Origin: a virus
DNA: 37,347 nucleotides
Virus record (IMG/VR): IMGVR_UViG_3300045988_030449
Span: 1 to 37,347 of that record
Strand: one strand, 5' to 3'
The translations under genes and the position numbers were made by a program. This document shows positions 24,228 to 32,490 of the stretch, piece after piece. A model generated the notes under the pieces. That model made no database searches. It had not been told where the DNA came from and worked only from the letters and a program-made list of their open reading frames with translations. Positions within the stretch are counted from its first letter, which is position 1. Each line of letters begins with the position of its first letter.

Positions 24228-24659
24228 TTATTTATTATTGGTTATTACTTCCGCCATCTTCTTAAGTTCGTTACGTGAGATGTTAACGGTGAACTGATTG
24301 CCCGGGCTGAATATCTGCCACACACCCGCCATCTTTGGGAAGCGTGCGGTATGTCCCGCCGGGTTGTTAAGGTGTACTATCTCGTTGCTGCTGGATGGCT
24401 TGTACTCGGCCAGACTTAATAATGTCTTAACCGCCGCGTCCGCGTCGCCTAGATCAATATCCATTTCTAAGGAACTAGTACCGGCTAGCTGTCCGGTGAT
24501 CTGATACGTTACCGCGTCGCCCTTCGTGACTTCTACAATCTTACAAGTCCCTAGACGGAAAGACTTAAGCGTCTTTAGGCTCCCGCTTGCGGTTGATACT
24601 TGCGCCATTGCGCTAACTGATAATAAAACTACTGCTAAAATACTGATTAACTTTTTCAT
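24228..24659 (-). CDS. Secreted protein with a cleavable signal peptide (143 aa)
   Basis: I chose the internal ATG giving MKKLISILAVVLLSVSAMA-QVS, a classic signal peptide with an AxA site and no lipobox Cys. The track ORF extends to 24779 through a different gene. Confidence 0.6.
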   Translation of the reverse strand: MKKLISILAVVLLSVSAMAQVSTASGSLKTLKSFRLGTCKIVEVTKGDAVTYQITGQLAGTSSLEMDIDLGDADAAVKTLLSLAEYKPSSSNEIVHLNNPAGHTARFPKMAGVWQIFSPGNQFTVNISRNELKKMAEVITNNK

Positions 24660-24679
24660 GATTCTAATTTTTAAATGAT

Positions 24680-24850
24680 TTATATAACTTCGTAATATCC
24701 TGTAACTTCTGATCTTCTGATCTTTTTCTCCCTTACCAAGGATAACATCGCCTCGCAAAACTCGTTTAGGTCCGTGCAACCTGTGTACTCTAATAATAGG
24801 CGAGCTTTAAATATCCCGGCGTTCATCGCTTCTAAAATTTTCTCTTTCAT
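24680..24850 (-). CDS. Mini winged-helix-like protein, paralog 1 (56 aa)
   Basis: It is not in the track. The sequence is MKEKILEAMNAGIFKARLLLEYTGCTDLNEFCEAMLSLVREKKIRRSEVTGYYEVI. It aligns with the 59-aa ORF at 24892-25071 and is preceded by the same hairpin leader. Confidence 0.5.
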   Translation of the reverse strand: MKEKILEAMNAGIFKARLLLEYTGCTDLNEFCEAMLSLVREKKIRRSEVTGYYEVI

Positions 24851-24900
24851 ATCTTTTGGGTGTTGTGGGCGGTGTTACCCGCCCGGGTTAATTATTTATT
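24845..24900. repeat. Hairpin-leader repeat, copy 1 (GGGCGG-TGTTAC-CCGCCC at 24867-24884)
   Basis: It is near-identical (~55 nt, one 1-nt indel) to 25066-25122. It spans the intergenic spacer and the start codon of a mini-ORF. Confidence 0.85.
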
Positions 24901-25071
24901 TAATGTATATCCGTCTTCGTCTAAAACTATTTTCCCTTCTGTCAATAGTTTCGCAATAGCATCACAGTATTTTCTGTACTCGCATTCGCAACCTACGTAA
25001 GGTATTATGTCTCTTGTCTTCTTTAGTCCGCTACCAATCGCTCTCAAAATTGATTTTTCTAACTTTTTCAT
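24892..25071 (-). CDS. Mini winged-helix-like protein, paralog 2 (59 aa)
   Basis: It is not in the track. The sequence is MKKLEKSILRAIGSGLKKTRDIIPYVGCECEYRKYCDAIAKLLTEGKIVLDEDGYTLNK. It shares the pattern IL.A...G..K.R....Y.GC.......C.A...L..E.KI...E..GY with paralog 1. Confidence 0.5.
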   Translation of the reverse strand: MKKLEKSILRAIGSGLKKTRDIIPYVGCECEYRKYCDAIAKLLTEGKIVLDEDGYTLNK

Positions 25072-25122
25072 ATCTTTTGGGTGTTGTGGGCGGTGTTACC
25101 CGCCCGGGTTAATTGATTTATT
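25066..25122. repeat. Hairpin-leader repeat, copy 2 (hairpin at 25088-25105)
   Basis: It is the same sequence as 24845-24900, offset by 221 nt. Confidence 0.85.
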
Positions 25123-25123
25123 C

Positions 25124-25279
25124 TTATATTTTAGATAAAATAATATACGCGTCCTTTAGGCTAGTCTCGGTTGTTATGCCTAATTTCTTTAGCGGTCTTA
25201 AATCTTTCTGCGTGAAGTAAATGCCTATACAACCTCTCCAGTTATTAAATTCTCCAAATCCTTTTATTAGTTCTAACAT
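25124..25279 (-). CDS. Hypothetical small protein (51 aa from the first ATG)
   Basis: The track ORF starts at a TTG (25321) that lies inside a TAtcTTTG -7 box. The first ATG at 25279 is 40 nt downstream of that box. Confidence 0.4.
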   Translation of the reverse strand: MLELIKGFGEFNNWRGCIGIYFTQKDLRPLKKLGITTETSLKDAYIILSKI

Positions 25280-25318
25280 ATCTTTAATTTTTAATTGGTT
25301 TATTTCCTTTTGACATTT

Positions 25319-25349
25319 CAAAGATACGACAAGTTATCGGACTACCAAA
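25319..25349 (-). promoter_or_regulatory. Internal promoter (TTTG-N19-TAtcTTTG)
   Basis: On the minus strand TTTG lies at 25349-25346 and TATCTTTG at 25326-25319, in the 73-nt gap after VRR-NUC. Confidence 0.45.
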
Positions 25350-25394
25350 ATATAGGGTAAACTCTTAACTTCGATTTGCATTAAACGTTCTTAG

Positions 25395-25715
25395 TTAACG
25401 TCCGTTAACGTAAAAGTCTATTAATTCCTTCAAATCGTTGTACTCGTCGGGGTTCGACACTACACGTACATTGAAGTCGAGCGCGGCGATCCGGTCCAGT
25501 ATAACGCGCTGTATCAGTCTAGGCTTGCAGCCCGTAGACTTGAACTCAACAAATATAACCGTACCGCCCGGTAACAAGTACATTCGATCTGGCAAACCAT
25601 TAATAAATTGGGACAGCAGTTTAACTGCCATCCCTCCTTTACTCTCGACGTACTTAGACATAGTACGCTCGAATACCTTTTCGCTAGTTTCCGTTGCCTT
25701 CATCCGTTGGTACAT
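25395..25715 (-). CDS. VRR-NUC domain nuclease (106 aa or slightly shorter)
   Basis: GLPDRMYLLPGGTVIFVEFKSTG fits the VRR-NUC PD-(D/E)XK core (D...E.K). Alternative in-frame ATGs occur at 25703 and 25661. Confidence 0.72.
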   Translation of the reverse strand: MYQRMKATETSEKVFERTMSKYVESKGGMAVKLLSQFINGLPDRMYLLPGGTVIFVEFKSTGCKPRLIQRVILDRIAALDFNVRVVSNPDEYNDLKELIDFYVNGR

Positions 25716-25944
25716 TAATATGTAGGCTCGCGCCGTTTGTCACTTTGCACGCTTGGCGTAGTGCTACATAGTTTTTCCTAGCTGTTGTTGCTTCCGTCCA
25801 TGTCAATTCCGTGCACCCTTCTAAATCGCTCCACGATAGCGTATCCTTAGTATACATTTGCAGCTTGTACAGCCCGCAAAATTCGTCGTCCGGTGTGATC
25901 CGGGTTGCGCCATCGCGCGACTTTAGTTTTTTCTTGTTACTCAT
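25684..25944 (-). CDS. Hypothetical protein (86 aa)
   Basis: ATG ORF that overlaps both neighbours by a few codons. Confidence 0.5.
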   Translation of the reverse strand: MSNKKKLKSRDGATRITPDDEFCGLYKLQMYTKDTLSWSDLEGCTELTWTEATTARKNYVALRQACKVTNGASLHINVPTDEGNGN

Positions 25945-26881
25945 TGCTGTATTCTTTTAATATAATTTCTGCTGCTTCTTCAGCTGTTATTAATTTAAAT
26001 CCATTTTCTAAGGGAAGTATGCACTTTTCACCCGCGGGTTGTTTAATGAAAGAATATAATAGTCTAATTGCCGTAGCCTTTTCTTCGGCCATGTCTACCG
26101 ATTCGACTATATAGAGGGAGATCCCGCTTTTCAAATATGATCCGCGTACAATGTCGCCATACTTCTCTCGAAACGTTTCTCTCCGTTCTGCTATGCCTTC
26201 CTCGCGCTTCCACTCCTCCTTTTGCCGGGCTAGTTCCTTAACCGCTTTATCCGGTTCTATTTTAGCTATTCTGTTCCCTTTTCCAAGTGTTGCACGTCGT
26301 CCGCGCAATTCCCCAGATAATATTTTCACAGAATAAATTCCGTCTCTTACGCCATTACCTGTTACCATTCCTAGGGTAGGCACCCCGTTGTAGTCAAACG
26401 TAACATAGTCATACAATTTTATAGGGTTGTCAATGGCGGCTAGTTCTTTCTTTAACAGGCTCATCTCTCTCATCGTGGTACGAGATGTGAAAAAATCCTC
26501 TGCTCCGTACTCTCCGAACATTTGGCGCATAACGTGTTTGTAGTCCTCATAATTGTCCCACTCTTCCGGGTGGAATGGGGAATGCAAAAACATTACAACC
26601 GTTTTTCCATCCGTGTACGTGTGCACTCTCCACGCGTTCGTATTCTGAACCATCCACTCGAAAATAACGTCCAGCTGGTTACGCGTTAGACGCAAGCCAC
26701 CTTCTCCCAGCACCAACAAAATAAGGTTGCGGGAAACTTTCCCTTCTCTTAGGTCCTGTGTAATTTTGGCTTTCAGGCTTTGTTCTTTACTTTCCATACT
26801 GTAAAATTTTATAAGTTTAATCGGATAATACGCGGCGATCACGATAAGTACCGCCGCTAAAATAATTATTAAATACATCAT
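25937..26881 (-). CDS. Membrane-anchored protein (314 aa, single N-terminal TM)
   Basis: MMYLIIILAAVLIVIAAYYPI is followed by a ~285-aa soluble region with no recognisable motif. Confidence 0.6.
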   Translation of the reverse strand: MMYLIIILAAVLIVIAAYYPIKLIKFYSMESKEQSLKAKITQDLREGKVSRNLILLVLGEGGLRLTRNQLDVIFEWMVQNTNAWRVHTYTDGKTVVMFLHSPFHPEEWDNYEDYKHVMRQMFGEYGAEDFFTSRTTMREMSLLKKELAAIDNPIKLYDYVTFDYNGVPTLGMVTGNGVRDGIYSVKILSGELRGRRATLGKGNRIAKIEPDKAVKELARQKEEWKREEGIAERRETFREKYGDIVRGSYLKSGISLYIVESVDMAEEKATAIRLLYSFIKQPAGEKCILPLENGFKLITAEEAAEIILKEYSNE

Positions 26882-27072
26882 TCCTCCGTTACATAAGCTA
26901 GATTAACCCGCTTAACCGTGTATCCCTTTGAGGTGTAATAGTCGGTGATATACCTCCGTTCCGCTTCTAGGTCTGTTACGACATACACAACTAGCCTATT
27001 TTGGTCTTCCCTGTAATCCTGTACTATAACGCCGTCCGTCGTTATAATCACTGCTCTTAGTATCTGTATCAT
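26878..27072 (-). CDS. Hypothetical protein (64 aa from ATG)
   Basis: The track start at 27123 is a TTG. The ATG at 27072 (MIQILRAV) lies 4 nt after the stop of the small peptide ORF upstream. Confidence 0.45.
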   Translation of the reverse strand: MIQILRAVIITTDGVIVQDYREDQNRLVVYVVTDLEAERRYITDYYTSKGYTVKRVNLAYVTEE

Positions 27073-27076
27073 AGCT

Positions 27077-27163
27077 TTAAATATTAGTTGTCGGCTCGCA
27101 GCACAACAAAATGAATAATACAAATAGAATTGCCCAAAACGTGTAAACTATAAACTGTTTCAT
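27077..27163 (-). CDS. Small hydrophobic peptide (28 aa)
   Basis: It is not in the track. The sequence is MKQFIVYTFWAILFVLFILLCCEPTTNI. GGAGG lies 8 nt upstream of the ATG, which starts 1 nt after the upstream stop. Confidence 0.4.
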   Translation of the reverse strand: MKQFIVYTFWAILFVLFILLCCEPTTNI

Positions 27164-27164
27164 A

Positions 27165-27449
27165 TCAATACCTCCAAATATTAATTTTAACTCCCGAAAA
27201 TTTCTCCGTTAGCTTCGCGATTTCTACAGCTAGCCGATACATAAACTCTACGTATTCATTATAGGTAGTTTCCGCGTAACCGTTAACAATGTAATCTAAG
27301 CTCCAATAGTATTCGCCGTCCTTATAAATTTCGTCAGCGGTGCACTTAACTCTAATTGCTTTCAGCTCCAAATCACATATAATGTGCTTTGCTACCCAGT
27401 ATTCGCTGTTAGCGAATTCCTCGTCAATTTTTTTCCTTACTAAATCCAT
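27165..27449 (-). CDS. Hypothetical protein (94 aa)
   Basis: ATG ORF with tight packing. Confidence 0.55.
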   Translation of the reverse strand: MDLVRKKIDEEFANSEYWVAKHIICDLELKAIRVKCTADEIYKDGEYYWSLDYIVNGYAETTYNEYVEFMYRLAVEIAKLTEKFSGVKINIWRY

Positions 27450-27451
27450 AA

Positions 27452-27736
27452 CTAAAATATTTTAAAGGCTGATATTGCATGATTAAAATCTGATTCGCTA
27501 GCATTCCACACTGTGTACATATCGTCGGTGAAAAATTCACCCGGATCTTTTGTAGCGCGTATTTTCTTAACTTCCTCAAGGGAAAAGGTTCTCAACGCGA
27601 TAACTAGTTTCTGCATTTTAAGAGACCGGCTTTCGATCTGTTTCCTCGTGGGTTCCCCGAAAAATCCCTTCTTGTTCCAAAAGCGGCGGCGGGCTTTTAA
27701 ATCCGCCTCACTTAGTTCTCCTGTATTCTGTTTCAT
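27452..27736 (-). CDS. Hypothetical protein (94 aa)
   Basis: ATG ORF with tight packing. Confidence 0.55.
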   Translation of the reverse strand: MKQNTGELSEADLKARRRFWNKKGFFGEPTRKQIESRSLKMQKLVIALRTFSLEEVKKIRATKDPGEFFTDDMYTVWNASESDFNHAISAFKIF

Positions 27737-27876
27737 ATCTCATTGATTTCAATAATTGATAACCCGTTTTTCAAGTTCTTTTCTACTTGGCGTCTAGCGT
27801 CTTTAACATCCTTTGCCCGTACACCGACCCATGATCGATAAATTTCATTTCCGTAAACTACTTCATAATGTTTCAT
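27733..27876 (-). CDS. Small hypothetical protein (47 aa)
   Basis: It is not in the track. The sequence is MKHYEVVYGNEIYRSWVGVRAKDVKDARRQVEKNLKNGLSIIEINEI. The ATG lies ~33 nt downstream of a TAccTTTG box, and the stop overlaps the next ATG (ATGA). Confidence 0.45.
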   Translation of the reverse strand: MKHYEVVYGNEIYRSWVGVRAKDVKDARRQVEKNLKNGLSIIEINEI

Positions 27877-27908
27877 AATTATAATACTTTAATTGGTTAT
27901 TGTGAAGG

Positions 27909-27939
27909 CAAAGGTATGGTTTATTTTGATACCACCAAA
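27909..27939 (-). promoter_or_regulatory. Promoter of the small-gene block (TTTG-N19-TAccTTTG)
   Basis: On the minus strand TTTG lies at 27939-27936 and TACCTTTG at 27916-27909. The ~60 nt at 27909-27970 are homologous to 35572-35632. Confidence 0.55.
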
Positions 27940-27965
27940 ACTTTTCTCAAAAAACTTTAGTATAT

Positions 27966-28005
27966 TAACAAAAATAAAGTCTCGCGTATCACTACGAAAG
28001 ACTTT
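27966..28005 (-). terminator. Weak terminator-like hairpin after the primase/helicase gene
   Basis: On the minus strand AAAGUCU-(16 nt)-AGACUUU is followed by AUUUUUGUU. The stem is short and AT-rich. Confidence 0.3.
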
Positions 28006-28075
28006 TTAACTGAAAAACCACCCTAAAAGTATTAACCTTAAAAATTAGAAAAGAAAGTATTGTTTTAATTCGGTA

Positions 28076-30466
28076 TCACAAAGATAGTAATTTTTTGCTT
28101 TCCTCGCTACCTTTACGGATATAAATTACTTGTGCGCCGTATAATTTGGTTCTTTTTAACTTTCCTTTATACCATCCGCCTAACTGTCTCATAGCTGTTG
28201 CCAGTTCGCGCCCCTTTGCGCTTGTATAATCTTCCTTGCGCCGGCCTAGCGCATCTACCCAAAGCTCCATTAAACAGAACTCGTTTTTAACCGTGTCTCC
28301 GATCTCATCCAATGATCCCGCTAGGAAATCGGCTCGTTGTTGTTCGGTGCGCTCCTCATAGTCGGCTGGGAAAAGCCTATCTACGTAGTTTTCTATAATA
28401 CCTACTAACGGGCTTTCTTCTGTAAATTCTTCGCGTCCCTCGTTTGCGATCGCTTCGGCTTCGTCAGACAAAACAAGGCTTTCACCCAGCATGTACAACT
28501 CCATTGCTTCCGCCCAAAGTTGGTCTACCACTGCCTCAAAAGACTTTTCAAAAAGTTTGTGCGTGTTCGGGTTGACGCAAACTTCGATCGGGAAGAAACG
28601 GCGGTTTCCGGTCTTGTCCTTCAAAAACTCATCGTCATTAGTAGACCCGAAAAATACGCATTGTCTACGGTGTGTCTTGACGCGTCGCGCGTATGCACTA
28701 CGGTATGTATCTTCACGCTTGCTAATAAAGTTCTTCGTGGCTTCCACGTCCGAACGGCGAAGGGCTGACAACTCGGCTAGCTCCACGATCCAAGCATGCT
28801 GTATCGCTTCGTATGCTTTTTGCCCGGACACGTCCGTTAATGAGTCGTTGAACCAACCCTTTGAAAGGGCCTGTATAAGCGTGGACTTTCCCGCGCCCTG
28901 TCCTGAATACATAACCAGCGCCGTATCAAATTTGCGGCCCGGCTCGTAAACTCTAGTAACGGCCGCAACCAACATTTTACGGAACGCTTCGGACACGTAT
29001 ATACTAGGCTTCGCACCCATGTAGTCAACCAAGAAATTATCAATACGTTTCACGCCGTCCCACCTTTGCGCCTCTAGATATTTTTTGATAGGGTGAAAAG
29101 CGTTTTCGCTGCAAACCTTTTCAAGTGCATCGGTTAATTTGCTGTCATTATAAATACCGTGCAAATCCTCTATACGTCCACGGATAATCGCTACCGCTGT
29201 ATCGTCCAACATATCACCCTTCTTGATGTCCTTCGAGAAGAACGGCGTACGGGTGTACACAATCGTATCAAGAAACAAGTCGTATGCTAACAGATCGTTT
29301 AATAGCGGATCACACTTGAAAGCGTTAACGAAGTTGCGAACGGTACACAATTTATCACCTTTGCGATCTAAATCCCAAACAAGTTCGGCGGCGGTCTGCG
29401 CGTCGCTCTTAACATCGTCCGTGTATTCTTCGAAGTCAGCTAGATCATCGTCCACGGCTACCATATCTTTAACGCACTCTTTATCGGCGCAAATTAGCTT
29501 GTTCATCTCGCGGGTACTGTCTTCCTTACCCAGGTGCCCGAACTTGTGCACACGTACCAAATCATAAGCGTTGTATGCATGTCCGTCGCCTATTGGGTCG
29601 GTTGAATGGTGAGAAAAACAAAGCACGTCGTCGTACACTACCAGCCCGGCAGCGCCCGATCCAAGAACGTACGTATATCGCCCATTTTCCGCTTCTGTGT
29701 AAACGTCCGAAAGGTACTTGTCTATTGCTGCCTGTATCGTGTACGAGCGGCAAAACGCGCCTACCAAACCCTCTTTATCGCGGGGGTCTTTCGCCATCTC
29801 TTTACTAATAATGGCGCGGGTATCGCGTTCTACTTCTGAATGGAATGCCCATTTGCGCACGTCGCGCCATTCTTCATTGTCTCCGTACAAACCTATAAGA
29901 TACTCGGCGCTGATCGGCTCACCTTCGAACACTTCGAAAAGCCCGGTTTGATCTTTGGAAAGAGATTGCCAGTACATCATACGTTCCGGCTGGAATGTTG
30001 TTTTATCAAATAGATCTATACCTAACAACTCGGCTACTTTGCGCGCCGCGGCTTCGTACATCGTAACGTCTGTAACCTCCTCTTTAAACGGCATGATAAG
30101 ACGGTAACGGCGCGATCCGGGACGGTCCGATCTAGTGGTATAAATAGCTGCCGCCACGCCCGGAAAGCGATCTGCAAAATCAAAAGGGAAAAGATCGTCT
30201 CCAAAGTCTACGTCTAGCGTGATCATTGAACGGGACATAACGGCCTTCTTAAGGCGTTGCGCGCCTGAAAGCTCGCCAGCCATGAATCCGCCAACGTCCT
30301 TCAATGACGATTTGGCGGGCTTGTCTAGCCTGTCGAACTCGCGTACCGTTTCGTTAGTGATAACGGGCGTTCCTAGTCTTTCCAAAAACGCTTCCCAAGT
30401 CATGCGTACGGCCTTCCATTTCAGAGACGCCGAAGAACCTGCAAGTGATAAGGTGTATTTTTCCAT
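28076..30466 (-). CDS. Primase / VirE-type (SF3-like) replicative helicase fusion (796 aa)
   Basis: The C-terminal half has Walker A MYSGQGAGKSTL, Walker B WIVELAEL and the VirE-family signatures FGSTNDDEFLKDKTGNRRFFPIEV. The N-terminal ~350 aa are primase-polymerase sized. It starts 1 nt after the polymerase stop. Confidence 0.82.
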   Translation of the reverse strand: MEKYTLSLAGSSASLKWKAVRMTWEAFLERLGTPVITNETVREFDRLDKPAKSSLKDVGGFMAGELSGAQRLKKAVMSRSMITLDVDFGDDLFPFDFADRFPGVAAAIYTTRSDRPGSRRYRLIMPFKEEVTDVTMYEAAARKVAELLGIDLFDKTTFQPERMMYWQSLSKDQTGLFEVFEGEPISAEYLIGLYGDNEEWRDVRKWAFHSEVERDTRAIISKEMAKDPRDKEGLVGAFCRSYTIQAAIDKYLSDVYTEAENGRYTYVLGSGAAGLVVYDDVLCFSHHSTDPIGDGHAYNAYDLVRVHKFGHLGKEDSTREMNKLICADKECVKDMVAVDDDLADFEEYTDDVKSDAQTAAELVWDLDRKGDKLCTVRNFVNAFKCDPLLNDLLAYDLFLDTIVYTRTPFFSKDIKKGDMLDDTAVAIIRGRIEDLHGIYNDSKLTDALEKVCSENAFHPIKKYLEAQRWDGVKRIDNFLVDYMGAKPSIYVSEAFRKMLVAAVTRVYEPGRKFDTALVMYSGQGAGKSTLIQALSKGWFNDSLTDVSGQKAYEAIQHAWIVELAELSALRRSDVEATKNFISKREDTYRSAYARRVKTHRRQCVFFGSTNDDEFLKDKTGNRRFFPIEVCVNPNTHKLFEKSFEAVVDQLWAEAMELYMLGESLVLSDEAEAIANEGREEFTEESPLVGIIENYVDRLFPADYEERTEQQRADFLAGSLDEIGDTVKNEFCLMELWVDALGRRKEDYTSAKGRELATAMRQLGGWYKGKLKRTKLYGAQVIYIRKGSEESKKLLSL

Positions 30467-30467
30467 G

Positions 30468-32468
30468 TTAATCTTTCTTATAATAATTACTAGTGAATCC
30501 TTCTGCCTTCAACGGAATACCGAAAGCGTCTGCCCATTTCGGTGTTACTGCCATAGCTTCGCAAATCTCATTTAGTGATACGGTTGGCTCGCCAAAATCA
30601 TCTAAAGGCACTTCGTTTACCGTCTCGTCGTGGATATGTCCCACGATCTTAACAGCCGGGTAACGCTTTACAATTTCCTGCATGCCGTATGCCAATAGGT
30701 CGCGGCTTACTGCCTGCGTAATATTTTCGGTTAGCTTCCCGCCGTATGTGTCTAGGTCCGCCCATTTTCCCGTAAGGTCTTGACCCTTGTATGTTATAAC
30801 TTCCCTGTCTCGTCCATTCACGCTTTTCGTAGCGATCCGGCAAAACGGGTAAAACAAACGACGGCCCGAAGGTAATAAAATTGCTAGAGAATTGTTTTCT
30901 TTAAACCATTGAAATGTACAAACGTGTACGCCGTACCGGATAACCTCTACGTCTTTCTTGTTACGAATACAGAGTTTAGCACGGCTGTCTAGTGCCTCCC
31001 AAAACTCAACTATGCGTGGAGAAGCCGCGCGCCATCTCAATATAATATCCTTGTACAACGCCGGGTTTATAGCATTCTCGTAGTCCATCGCAGCCATAGC
31101 ACCCACCCAACCGGCATAGCCTAGCGCTAGCTCTGTTACTTTACCCTGTTGGCGGTAATGAGTACCTTTGCCGCATTGATCCTCGGGCAAACTGAACGTC
31201 ATACTAGCGGACACTACGTATATATCTTTTCCGTTGCGGAACGCTTCAATACGCCAATCTTCACGGCACAGGCACGCCAGTACACGGGCTTCAATAGCCG
31301 AATAGTCGGCGACATGGAATGTAGTGCCCTTGGGGGCTACAAACGTTGTTCTGATAAGCTGCGATAACGTGTCAGGTACATTTCCCCAGAACAATTCGAA
31401 GTCCTGCAAACTCATGTGTTTAACGTTATCACGCGCGCCGTCAAGGTCGTGTATATAGTTACGCGGTAGGTTCTGCATCTGGACTAGTCTACCCGCCCAT
31501 CGTCCAGTACGACCCGCGCCATAGAAACGGTACAAACCGTGTACGCGTCCGTCAAAGCACACGCAATTGCGCATCGCGGTATATTTGGCGTTGCTAGTCT
31601 TGTTTATGATCTTTCGGGCGTTTAGTACTTCGTCTACCCGCTCGTTGTCGCATTCCTGCATAATGGCGTCTATGTCCTCTTTCCGGAACGAATCAAAAGA
31701 CTTTCCGGTTTGGATCATTACAAAGTCCTTTAGTTGCATGGTGGACTTTAAAGAAGATATGCCGTACTTCGTCTTAATACGATTCTTAAGAGTTTCGCAA
31801 AACTCTTCGTTGAGAGCGTCCGCCCGTTCTGCTAGTTCCATGTCTACGGCGATACCGTTGTCGTTAATGTCTTGATCTAGCCTGTACAGGTCTATTTCCG
31901 ATTGCGGGAACTTGCAATAGTCTAGGCGTGCCAGGGCTTCGCGCTCCGAAAGAATATCATAACGAAGGTAGTCTATAAATTCTTCCCATTTGTCCGGGTA
32001 ATCTCTCGGATCATTCTGGTACCCTTCCGGGTCCGCTTTGGTCGGCTTCTGTGGTTGGCAGAAGAATTTTATAAGGGCTAGCCCTGTACCCTTCTTGCCT
32101 TCTTTCAAATCGAGCGCTTTAGATAGGTTTCCCAGGCTCTCCGGGAATCCGGCGTATAACGCCATAGTTGCGGTACATAGGAAACGTTCCGCGGGAATAT
32201 TGATGCCGTATGCCATCAAACACAACCGTTCAAACTGTGCATTGTGCGCCACGATCATATATTGCTCGTCTAGTATCAGGTTGGTGAAATCTGTAAATTG
32301 ATCGTAAGCGTCCGGTTTAGTCATATCAACTATATTAACCGCGCCGTCTCCGACCGCGTAGCCGATAAGGAGTATCTCGAAGTCCGGCGATTGCGTATAC
32401 CGGTACGCTCCGCCGCTCTTAATGTCCTCGCTTGAATAAGTTTCAAAATCTATATAAATTGGTTTCAT
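30468..32468 (-). CDS. polA: Family A DNA polymerase with an N-terminal 3'-5' exonuclease (666 aa)
   Basis: Motifs seen are Exo I YIDFETYS, Exo II HNAQFE, Pol motif A DYSAIEARVLA, motif B RQQGKVTELALGYAG and motif C HIHDE. I chose the ATG at 32468 (MKPIYIDFE). The track extension to 32501 begins with GTG inside a terminator-like hairpin. Confidence 0.93.
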   Translation of the reverse strand: MKPIYIDFETYSSEDIKSGGAYRYTQSPDFEILLIGYAVGDGAVNIVDMTKPDAYDQFTDFTNLILDEQYMIVAHNAQFERLCLMAYGINIPAERFLCTATMALYAGFPESLGNLSKALDLKEGKKGTGLALIKFFCQPQKPTKADPEGYQNDPRDYPDKWEEFIDYLRYDILSEREALARLDYCKFPQSEIDLYRLDQDINDNGIAVDMELAERADALNEEFCETLKNRIKTKYGISSLKSTMQLKDFVMIQTGKSFDSFRKEDIDAIMQECDNERVDEVLNARKIINKTSNAKYTAMRNCVCFDGRVHGLYRFYGAGRTGRWAGRLVQMQNLPRNYIHDLDGARDNVKHMSLQDFELFWGNVPDTLSQLIRTTFVAPKGTTFHVADYSAIEARVLACLCREDWRIEAFRNGKDIYVVSASMTFSLPEDQCGKGTHYRQQGKVTELALGYAGWVGAMAAMDYENAINPALYKDIILRWRAASPRIVEFWEALDSRAKLCIRNKKDVEVIRYGVHVCTFQWFKENNSLAILLPSGRRLFYPFCRIATKSVNGRDREVITYKGQDLTGKWADLDTYGGKLTENITQAVSRDLLAYGMQEIVKRYPAVKIVGHIHDETVNEVPLDDFGEPTVSLNEICEAMAVTPKWADAFGIPLKAEGFTSNYYKKD

Positions 32469-32490
32469 GTTTTTAGGGGTTTTTAAAGTT

